A DNA stretch of 31,521 nt from a virus (lineage: Duplodnaviria; Caudoviricetes), in the IMG/VR virus record IMGVR_UViG_3300020161_000532, positions 1-31,521 of that record. One strand, written 5' to 3'. The translations under genes were made by a program, and so were the position numbers. Every line of letters starts with the position of its first letter. Within the stretch, counting starts at the first letter, position 1. Below are positions 9,414-16,805 of this stretch, piece by piece. Below the pieces are notes generated by a model. That model did no database searches and was not told the DNA's origin. It was given only the letters and a program-made list of their open reading frames with translations.

Positions 9414-10577
9414 CTACGTTATAATCATTTTACGCGGTTGCTTTATAGCGAGGCCCATCATAGCGAAGTATCGCATCGCATCGATGGCGTGATTGAAGTC
9501 GTCAATAGGTCGATTAAGTTTTTTGCCTGTCTTGTCAACGTCCCATGAGTAGTTCCGCAGCTCTTTGATTAGGTTTGTGCTTTGCTTTGTCACTAAGATA
9601 TCCCGCTGCTGCAATACTGATATCCCGAAATTGATTGAGTCGGCCCCTTTGACCACCGCTTTAATATTGAAACCCGCTCGGCGTATCTCCTCGATGGACT
9701 TCGGCTCCGCTGAGTCTGCCCAAATCGGGAGGCGTTTGTCTTGTCGCATCATTTTAATGATATCCGAGTTCAAAAGTGAGGTCGAGTAAATCATTTCGTC
9801 AGCTATTATTTTACCATTATACTCGTACACGGCGATGAGCGCCGTTGGATCGTTTGAGTACCCGAAATCAAGGCCACAACCTAAGAATTTTGCCTCGGTT
9901 GGTATTGTATCAATTTGTTCCCAATTCTGGAACACAACGCCCTCAAGTGAGCCGAGTTGACCAAGTCCGTAAACGTTCCACCAATTGGCCCAATATGTAG
10001 AAGTTAGAGCTTTGTCTTTTGCCTTCTCAATCTCTCGAACGATTGAAGGATCAAGGGCCTCGTTGTCCTTGTAAGTTAAAATCACAAAGTCAGTATCGAT
10101 GTCCTCTTTTAATTCAGTCTGCACCCAAAACTCATTTGTTGGGTTGTAGTCTAAATAGATAAATTTTTTAGTCCTTACCGATAGCTGCTGGTAGCTTTCA
10201 AAGTCTATATTATTGCACTCGTTTATAAATAAGACGTCACGTCTTGCACCCCTCAATTTGTCGGGTTGGTCCACGCTAAAAAATTCAATGTAGCTATTAT
10301 TTGTAAAGGTGTATTTTAAAGAGGACCGATTGAAGTTGGCGTCTTTGTAATTGTCGGTCATCAACATTATTTTTTGAAAGTCTTTTAACGCCCCACGTTT
10401 GAGGTGCGGTATCGACTCGCTCACTATTGAGATTTCCGAGAACGGGTTTTGTATTGCGTATGTAATTAAAAGCGGTATGATTGAGAATGTCTTTGAGCTG
10501 GAAGTTCCGCCCTGCACAATCCTCACGCGCTTCCTTAAAGCCGCTATTTTATTCTGAGCCGTTGTTTGTTGGAACAT
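9414..10577 (-). CDS. terL: Terminase large subunit (PBSX/Terminase_3 type)
   Basis: Walker A-like QGGTSSSKT, Walker B LFINE, DYNP coupling motif, nuclease motifs GLDFGYSNDP, WADSAEP and NHAIDAMRY. Confidence 0.95.
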   Translation of the reverse strand: MFQQTTAQNKIAALRKRVRIVQGGTSSSKTFSIIPLLITYAIQNPFSEISIVSESIPHLKRGALKDFQKIMLMTDNYKDANFNRSSLKYTFTNNSYIEFFSVDQPDKLRGARRDVLFINECNNIDFESYQQLSVRTKKFIYLDYNPTNEFWVQTELKEDIDTDFVILTYKDNEALDPSIVREIEKAKDKALTSTYWANWWNVYGLGQLGSLEGVVFQNWEQIDTIPTEAKFLGCGLDFGYSNDPTALIAVYEYNGKIIADEMIYSTSLLNSDIIKMMRQDKRLPIWADSAEPKSIEEIRRAGFNIKAVVKGADSINFGISVLQQRDILVTKQSTNLIKELRNYSWDVDKTGKKLNRPIDDFNHAIDAMRYFAMMGLAIKQPRKMIIT

Positions 10578-10905
10578 CTAATTCAATGCCGTTAAAAATA
10601 GGCTTTTCAATATTTATATTTTGATCAATAGATTGAGCAGGTGCACCATAGGCCGAGTCCATCAAAGCTTTGTAAGCTGCGACGTCTCCCTCTCTTGCTT
10701 TTTTAATTTGAGCAAGTGTCATGATATCCTCTTGCGTGAGCGTTTGGACCTCGTTCGTGATTGGGTTTTTTGCTGACTGCTGCGCTTCGAGCCAGTGCTT
10801 AGCGATGGTCGTTCTATTTTTAACACCTACTGGCCTGCCGAGCGGGTTTCCGCTTTTGCCTTTTTCAAATGGTACTAAATTTTGTATTTGTTTTTCAGTT
10901 GGCAT
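10549..10905 (-). CDS. terS: Terminase small subunit
   Basis: PFEKGKSGNPLGRP N-terminal motif and GDVAAYKALMD. Overlaps the terL start. Confidence 0.8.
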   Translation of the reverse strand: MPTEKQIQNLVPFEKGKSGNPLGRPVGVKNRTTIAKHWLEAQQSAKNPITNEVQTLTQEDIMTLAQIKKAREGDVAAYKALMDSAYGAPAQSIDQNINIEKPIFNGIELDVPTNNGSE

Positions 10906-12031
10906 AATTCACTCCGTTTCTTTTTATAACTAAACTCGGATCGAGTTTTTTCATTCGGTCAATAATTACTTGGCAATACTTTGGATCGAGTTCAATTCCA
11001 TAGCATTTGCGTTTAAGTTGGTGTGATGCGACCATTGTTGAGCCTGATCCTAAAAATAAATCTAAAATCAAATGATTTGACAAACTACTATTTTGAATAC
11101 CTTTTGAAACTATTTCAATTGGTTTTGGAGTTGTGTGTCCTTCTTCTCTTATGCTTTTTGCAATCCAAACGCTTTCTTGTTTCCTGTCTGAATACCATTT
11201 GTGAGTTCCATTATTAAACCATCCATAAAAACAAGGCTCGTGTTTACTTTGATAATCTGTTTGAGATAAAACTATACTTTCTTTTACCCAAATTATCATA
11301 CTAGAAAAATGACAAAAAGATCTAAATACTTCATTAAAAATATCAGAACATTTGTCAGAATGAAAACAATAAATAGAAGCTCCATTTTTTGAATTTAAAA
11401 TATAATTTTGAAAAGCTCCATTTAATAAATCTTTTAAACCACTTCTATTATCATTATTTATTCCTTTATAATCTACTCCATAAGGAGGATCAGTAAAAAC
11501 CATATCTGCCTTCTCGCCATTCATTAACTTTGCAACTGTATCACTGCAAGTGCTATCCCCGCAAAGCAATCGGTGTTCTCCTATCTCAAACAAGTCTCCC
11601 AAGACAATATCGGTTTCAATTTCATTCGGCACCTCGTAGTCATCCTCCTCAGCTTCTAAAATTTGAGGAATTTCTAATTCGGGAAGGTCTAAACCCCACT
11701 CGTTTAGCTGCTCAACATCCCATTCATTTGCCAAAACTTCCCAATCCCATTCACCTCCGCTGGTGTTATCTTTTATCAAAAACTCTCTTTGTTTTTCCTC
11801 TGATAAGTCAGTCACTATGATTGGCACCTCTTTAAGGCCTGCCTCCCTGCATGCTTTGTATCGCATATTGCCTCCCAATATGATCATGTCTTTATTTACG
11901 ACGATGGGCCGAATGTTTAACATCTCGGGGAAATCTTTAATCGACTGCACTAATTTTTTAAATTTGTCGTCCTTAATTATTCGCGGATTATTTGGATTTA
12001 GTTTAATTGAAGTTATTTTTACTGTTTCCAT
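10895..12031 (-). CDS. ParB-like domain fused to an N6-adenine/N4-cytosine DNA methyltransferase
   Basis: N-terminal NPNNPR...RPIVV...GGNMR (ParB/Srx). HRLLCGDS, TDPPY, HTTPKP and DLFLGSGST give beta-class motif order. Confidence 0.92.
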   Translation of the reverse strand: METVKITSIKLNPNNPRIIKDDKFKKLVQSIKDFPEMLNIRPIVVNKDMIILGGNMRYKACREAGLKEVPIIVTDLSEEKQREFLIKDNTSGGEWDWEVLANEWDVEQLNEWGLDLPELEIPQILEAEEDDYEVPNEIETDIVLGDLFEIGEHRLLCGDSTCSDTVAKLMNGEKADMVFTDPPYGVDYKGINNDNRSGLKDLLNGAFQNYILNSKNGASIYCFHSDKCSDIFNEVFRSFCHFSSMIIWVKESIVLSQTDYQSKHEPCFYGWFNNGTHKWYSDRKQESVWIAKSIREEGHTTPKPIEIVSKGIQNSSLSNHLILDLFLGSGSTMVASHQLKRKCYGIELDPKYCQVIIDRMKKLDPSLVIKRNGVNYAN

Positions 12032-12264
12032 TGTCCTATAATTATATCGTTTTCTTTTAGTTCGGGTGAGGTATTAATACTAAAATCTCTATACTCTTTT
12101 AATTTGAGTACATCGTAGAGGTTAGGTGCAAGCCAAAGCTCGTTGTGAGTAACGTCTTCGGGCTTGTTGTCGATTACTTGATCAATGAAATCAATCAGTA
12201 AATAGAATTCCTCTTGCCTTTGTTTTTTCGTTGATTTTGTCGACTTGCTCCTGGTTGTTGTCAT
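12019..12264 (-). CDS. Hypothetical protein
   Basis: 81 aa. Fills the gap between the HAD and MTase genes and overlaps both. Confidence 0.55.
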   Translation of the reverse strand: MTTTRSKSTKSTKKQRQEEFYLLIDFIDQVIDNKPEDVTHNELWLAPNLYDVLKLKEYRDFSINTSPELKENDIIIGQWKQ

Positions 12265-12496
12265 AGTGTTCTTTTATGTTGTATTTGATTACAAATGACC
12301 ATTTGTCTCGGCCGTTGGTGTAGTAAATTGTATCGATGCCTAAGTTTTTGGCGGTGGCCTCCAAGTCGCTATTATCGTTAGCAATATTGCGAGCAGTAAG
12401 TATACGTACATCTTTGCCATCGCTTATAAATTTAGCGGCTAAGGTCTTGCCTTTTTTGGTTGAGAGTGTCCCATCGTAATCAAAACTAATTGGCAT
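12191..12496 (-). CDS. Minimal HAD-superfamily phosphatase-like protein
   Basis: Start ATG 12496 gives MPISFDYDGTL (motif I), ILTAR (motif II), a Lys, and HYDNN (motif IV). Confidence 0.75.
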   Translation of the reverse strand: MPISFDYDGTLSTKKGKTLAAKFISDGKDVRILTARNIANDNSDLEATAKNLGIDTIYYTNGRDKWSFVIKYNIKEHYDNNQEQVDKINEKTKARGILFTD

Positions 12497-12866
12497 CGCT
12501 GAACGAGTAAAGTTTAAATAGGTCTTTAATGATCTGCTCATGGACTTTTGAGCACGTTGGACAGTTGCTATTGTCTAAACCGAAGTAATGTAGGTATAAA
12601 GCATTTAAATAGCTTATATCGTCTAAATTAAGCTCAGTTCGTTTGCCATCGACAACGCGTTGCCCTTTGAGTTGCATAAATTCTAAATACATCTCTTTAT
12701 CGGGTTGCGACATTTCGCTTTTGACCTTCTTAAAATTGAATAGTCGATTTAGTCCAAATTGACGCTCTTTGCATCCTTGACAAGGCTCAATCCCAACTGA
12801 GTTGGTAATGTTAGCGATTACATCGCCAAGGCCTTGTATTTCTTTTTTAGTCCTTCTTTTTGCCAT
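12486..12866 (-). CDS. Hypothetical protein with two CxxC pairs
   Basis: Likely start ATG 12866 (MAKRRTKK). GLGDVIA...CQGC and CPTC. Confidence 0.7.
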   Translation of the reverse strand: MAKRRTKKEIQGLGDVIANITNSVGIEPCQGCKERQFGLNRLFNFKKVKSEMSQPDKEMYLEFMQLKGQRVVDGKRTELNLDDISYLNALYLHYFGLDNSNCPTCSKVHEQIIKDLFKLYSFSDAN

Positions 12867-13275
12867 TGATTTGATTTTTAACTTTTTTAGAGATTCGGTG
12901 TATTGTTTGCAAATGGATTCCTGTTTGTCGGCTGAGTTCTCGTTGCCCAACTAAGGTTGAGAGTTCAAACATAGTCCTTTCATACCAGGTTAACCCTTTC
13001 ATCAATTGAAAGTAGTCAATAGGCTCCACGTACTCAGTATCTATTATCTCTATATTACTAAAATCTATAAGAATATCTTTATTAGATTTAGTATAATCAT
13101 AGAATAGATTACGAAGTACTGTATATATATACCCATCTTTGATAAGATTGGTATTTTGGTATAATTTTAAGTACATCTCCTGTACTAATTCGTCTGCAAG
13201 GTCTTTGTCTTTGCAAATTTGAAAAGCCATTTTTCGCCATTGGGCATCCTTTTTGGCTAATTCTGCGAGTATCAT
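12847..13275 (-). CDS. ECF/sigma-70-like factor (candidate late-gene sigma)
   Basis: Region 2-like LADELVQEMYLKL...YIYTVLRNLFYDY and region 4-like HTH QRELSRQTGIHLQTIHRI. Confidence 0.8.
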   Translation of the reverse strand: MILAELAKKDAQWRKMAFQICKDKDLADELVQEMYLKLYQNTNLIKDGYIYTVLRNLFYDYTKSNKDILIDFSNIEIIDTEYVEPIDYFQLMKGLTWYERTMFELSTLVGQRELSRQTGIHLQTIHRISKKVKNQINGKKKD

Positions 13276-13505
13276 AACCGCATTGGGTTAAAATATTCCG
13301 ATAAAAAGAGCAGCAATGCCTCGTTATTCTCGACATAGTAGACCGTTCCTTGTACTACGATGCAAATCTCGGACTCGTTTTCGATCCAGTAGCCGTTGAT
13401 TGAGTCGACCATTACACGAAACTCGACAAAGCTCCCACCCATTCCAAGGTCATCGTCCTCTTGTTCGAGCCACATCTGCGTACTTATAGTGTGAGGTTTG
13501 ACCAT
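13272..13505 (-). CDS. Hypothetical acidic protein
   Basis: 77 aa, coupled to the sigma gene by an ATGA overlap. Confidence 0.6.
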   Translation of the reverse strand: MVKPHTISTQMWLEQEDDDLGMGGSFVEFRVMVDSINGYWIENESEICIVVQGTVYYVENNEALLLFLSEYFNPMRL

Positions 13506-13512
13506 ATCGCTA

Positions 13513-13520
13513 CAAAGCTA
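13513..13520 (-). promoter_or_regulatory. Possible Bacteroidota sigma-A -7 element
   Basis: TAGCTTTG (TAnnTTTG) 7 nt before ATG 13505. The -33 element is weak. Confidence 0.45.
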
Positions 13521-13700
13521 TAAATAGTTTTTTAATAGTCCTAATTTTATTTCTATTACTTCTCCACTATCTATATAACGAATAAAAGCGGTATTGTAAC
13601 AAATCCCGCTGATATAAAACTCTCGCCCCACTTTATTAGTGTTGATAACTGCGTGAATTGGCACCTCTTGACTCTTATAAATCCTTGATCCTGCTCTCAT
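13518..13700 (-). CDS. Hypothetical protein
   Basis: 60 aa, ATGA-coupled to the upstream gene. Confidence 0.6.
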   Translation of the reverse strand: MRAGSRIYKSQEVPIHAVINTNKVGREFYISGICYNTAFIRYIDSGEVIEIKLGLLKNYL

Positions 13701-13909
13701 AGTAGTTCGATTTCTTGTTTAACTTCTTGCCAGTAATAAATATTTTCTAATGGCATTGATTTTAAAAAAGTTCTAAAATTTAAAATCTCATCAACTGCAA
13801 TCAAAGCACATCGTTTGGCTCTATCTAAACAATCTTCCTGGCCTAATTTCCATTGTACACTTGGGTAAAATTTATACACTAAGTCTTTTGCCTTCTCTTT
13901 TGGTGTCAT
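13697..13909 (-). CDS. Hypothetical protein (MTPKEKA family), paralogue of 22009-22233
   Basis: Start ATG 13909. Shares MTPKEKA, CALIAVDEI and YW..VK.EIELL with the paralogue. Confidence 0.75.
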   Translation of the reverse strand: MTPKEKAKDLVYKFYPSVQWKLGQEDCLDRAKRCALIAVDEILNFRTFLKSMPLENIYYWQEVKQEIELL

Positions 13910-13922
13910 AGTAAGGGTTGTT

Positions 13923-14177
13923 TTAAATAAAATTAGTATCAAAGTCAGTCCAAACCTTTACAATCGCTCCAGCGGCTTTCAGCTCCTCGATGCGCAGCTC
14001 TTGAATAGGTGAGAGCTTACCGCCTTCGCGTTTCACTTCTATAAACATCGCCTTGCCGTATTTGATTGCCAGCAGGTCGGGAATGCCGTTCGTTGAGGTC
14101 TTAATTAGTTTGGTCACATACCAACCGCGCTCGATTAGTTTGCGTTTAATTTTCGTTTGAAGTTGCTGCTCGGTCAT
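13923..14177 (-). CDS. VRR-NUC domain nuclease (Holliday junction resolvase-like)
   Basis: MTEQQLQ...GIPDLL...FIEVKR...LSPIQ, a PD-(D/E)xK VRR-NUC signature. Confidence 0.9.
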   Translation of the reverse strand: MTEQQLQTKIKRKLIERGWYVTKLIKTSTNGIPDLLAIKYGKAMFIEVKREGGKLSPIQELRIEELKAAGAIVKVWTDFDTNFI

Positions 14178-14186
14178 TTGCTTATT

Positions 14187-14585
14187 TTAAAAAGTAAAAG
14201 AAGTTTTAAAATTAATTTTTTTACCCATTGTCCATTGCATCATATCATATAAAGTTATTTTATTATTTTCAATTAATAATAAAAAAAGCATATGTTTATC
14301 TTCATCTTTATTATAAAATAATTCCATTTTTTTATCAAATAATTTTTCGTTTTGCTCATTATTAAACCATTCCAAAGCTATTTTATAATTTAAATTTCTT
14401 CTTTCATGAGCTTCTTTTATTAATCCACCTCGTTCATTTGTAAAAGAAACATCATGAGCTAAACTATGACATTTTGTACAAATTTTAATTAAATTAGATT
14501 CACTATCATCACCACCTCTTGAAATTGGTATAATATGATGATTTTCTAAATGATTACTTTTTTTATTACAAATTTTACATTGCAT
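14187..14585 (-). CDS. HNH endonuclease
   Basis: CKIC...HHIIPISRGGDDSESNLIKICTKCHSLAH. Very AT-rich DNA. Confidence 0.9.
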   Translation of the reverse strand: MQCKICNKKSNHLENHHIIPISRGGDDSESNLIKICTKCHSLAHDVSFTNERGGLIKEAHERRNLNYKIALEWFNNEQNEKLFDKKMELFYNKDEDKHMLFLLLIENNKITLYDMMQWTMGKKINFKTSFTF

Positions 14586-14601
14586 AATCTAATATAAAAT
14601 A

Positions 14602-14675
14602 AACACCCCTCGATTGACCGCCAAGTGCAAAAGAGAGGTGTTGTGTTGTTTTCGTCTTGGCGGTTGTCAAATATA
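14602..14675 (-). promoter_or_regulatory. Promoter -7 element plus structured leader (pseudoknot)
   Basis: TATATTTG at 14675-14668. ACCGCCAAG near the transcript start is complementary to CTTGGCGGT in the loop of stem AACACCTCTC/GAGGGGTGTT. Confidence 0.6.
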
Positions 14676-14685
14676 CAAATTTATT

Positions 14686-15912
14686 TTAATCGTGTGCATT
14701 TTCTCTAAATATTTTTAGTGTATAATCTCTTTTTTGTAGTACGGTCTTATAGATATCCATCTCGATGCCGCCCTTGCTGAATATCCAAAATACCTCGTTA
14801 TTTAAACGATCCTTTGTGGTCAACCTTGCTCGGCTTTGCCAGTATGATGTCGCACTAAAATCGATGTTATAGTAAACGAGGTACTTTGCGTTCTTTAAAC
14901 TGACGCCCTCGCGTCCGCTCACAATCTGCAAGGCAATACATTTGTCGGTTGCATCAAACTCCTCGACTGAATTTGTCAAGTTATCGGCTCCATAAACTTC
15001 GAGCAGCGCATCCCATTCGGCCTTGAACTTATAAAAAATCGCGATTTTTATACCTTTAAACTGGTTATGTATAAAAAACGCCTTATTCTTATCAATTACT
15101 TTTGAAGTGCCATCCTCGAACTTGCAAGTACCACTTGACAGTTGGTGTATCTTACCCATAAGTTTTACGCCAGAATCGCCTAATATGACTTGCCCTTGTC
15201 CATTGCGAACTATCAAGTTCTTTTTAAGTCTGCGAATGACCTCGTAAGTAATTGGCTGCATCTCGCACTCCAGGATCATCTCCTTAACGCTGGTTGTAAA
15301 GCCTGCCTGCTCTTGTGTGAAAGTTATAATATACGGCCGTGTAATTCTTCGGATTAAACGCTCATCCGCTTGGGAGTAATCCTTGACAACGGCATAGCCT
15401 AAACGCTTTTCTTTTATGTCGACGTACTCAGCGGCCCACTTATAGAAGTTCGTGTAGTTCTTAAATGGCGACTTATCACTTACCCAAAACTGATGAAACC
15501 ATTGAGAGTGACTCTCGGGTGTTGGCGTACCGCTTAGGAATATCATAGGCAGCTTACTAAACCGCTTTTTAAACTCTTTGGCCGTTGCGTTTGGCTTAGG
15601 GAAGGCACCAAAGCGGTGATGCTCATCGTGAATGATTAAATCAAACTCTCCTTTTACTAAATGTAAACTCTCGTCGTTTATGATTGTTAAATCAAAGTCA
15701 AAACCGAAGTTGTCGTAGTCCCATTGAATACTGGACATCGCCTTCTTTTTTGTTAAAAACAAGACCCGCTTGGCTGCAAATAATTGGGCCGTGTTAAGTG
15801 CTGTTAATGTCTTGCCTGTTCGCACCTCCATCGCAAGGTAAATAATCCCCCGACTCTTTAAAACTCCCAACGCCTCGGCTGAGAGTTTCTCTTGGTATGG
15901 TCGTAAAATCAT
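14686..15912 (-). CDS. Superfamily 2 (SNF2-like) helicase
   Basis: MEVRTGKT, DEHH, LSGTP, EGVSL and QSRARL motifs. Confidence 0.9.
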   Translation of the reverse strand: MILRPYQEKLSAEALGVLKSRGIIYLAMEVRTGKTLTALNTAQLFAAKRVLFLTKKKAMSSIQWDYDNFGFDFDLTIINDESLHLVKGEFDLIIHDEHHRFGAFPKPNATAKEFKKRFSKLPMIFLSGTPTPESHSQWFHQFWVSDKSPFKNYTNFYKWAAEYVDIKEKRLGYAVVKDYSQADERLIRRITRPYIITFTQEQAGFTTSVKEMILECEMQPITYEVIRRLKKNLIVRNGQGQVILGDSGVKLMGKIHQLSSGTCKFEDGTSKVIDKNKAFFIHNQFKGIKIAIFYKFKAEWDALLEVYGADNLTNSVEEFDATDKCIALQIVSGREGVSLKNAKYLVYYNIDFSATSYWQSRARLTTKDRLNNEVFWIFSKGGIEMDIYKTVLQKRDYTLKIFRENAHD

Positions 15913-16514
15913 TTTAGTATTGTTTGATTTACGTGCTTAGTAACGGCCCGAAGTTTACAATTTGCATTGTGAAAATTTATAAAATCGTTTAGGATTTCAT
16001 TATTTATAAAACAGTCGGCTTGGTCTTTTGATTCTATATTTATAAGCAGTCGCTTAATATCCTGCTTTTTTATCCATAGCTCAAACATTTCGCTAAACTT
16101 CAAATCGTAGTGATCAATATTGATATTTTCTTTTGTTAAAATCTCGTTTGATATAACGCACTTTGTTTTACCAAAAATCACATTTTTATTTTTAAAATTT
16201 TGTATCTCGGGAACTATTGCAGTTCGGCAAGCTCTTTTAATCGTTTCTAATTGGCTCCGATTTTTACCATTTATAGCTTTTAAAAACGATATATCAATAA
16301 TACTATTGTCAACTCGCTCAATAAAAAAACAACGATGTTTATAATTGTCTTGCCCTATAAAAATTCGTCGACCTCCTTGGCCTCGTTTTTGTTCCCAGTC
16401 AGGGTGATTTCTAAATACTGATAATAAAAAATTGCGCTCATCTTTTATCGTGTGGTCAATCGGATACCTATTTAATATCTCTTGACACTTTTCTTTTTGA
16501 TATTTTTTTGTCAT
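15909..16514 (-). CDS. DUF3223 (DCL-like) domain protein with HNH-like C-terminus
   Basis: HPDWEQKRGQG...RCFFIERVDNSIIDISFLKAI resembles DUF3223. C-terminal IDHYD...LRAVTKHVN resembles a His-Me finger. Confidence 0.6.
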   Translation of the reverse strand: MTKKYQKEKCQEILNRYPIDHTIKDERNFLLSVFRNHPDWEQKRGQGGRRIFIGQDNYKHRCFFIERVDNSIIDISFLKAINGKNRSQLETIKRACRTAIVPEIQNFKNKNVIFGKTKCVISNEILTKENINIDHYDLKFSEMFELWIKKQDIKRLLINIESKDQADCFINNEILNDFINFHNANCKLRAVTKHVNQTILK

Positions 16515-16805
16515 TTTAGTAAAAATTTATTAGAAATTCCTTTCGATAATTGTATTAGCTTGTCGCCTTCTATTGTTTTGCCAGCTAATATTTCCTCGTA
16601 TTTGTTCAATCGCTGCTCTAACCTGATCAACTCCTCGCTCTTTTTGACTTGAATTGATATTTTTTTGTTGCTTCGTTTTGATAAGGTCTTGTATTTGTGA
16701 TTTAACTCTTGAAATTCTATCGTTAATTTTAATAATTTCGATTTCAATTCGTTCAATTTCTCGCTCATCCTGGGTTGATTTACCTACGTTTTCAAATGGA
16801 TTCAT
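16511..16805 (-). CDS. Coiled-coil hypothetical protein(s); two overlapping frames (16530-16805 and 16511-16768)
   Basis: One frame is coupled to the upstream stop and the other to the downstream start. An A7 run lies at 16660-16666. Confidence 0.5.
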
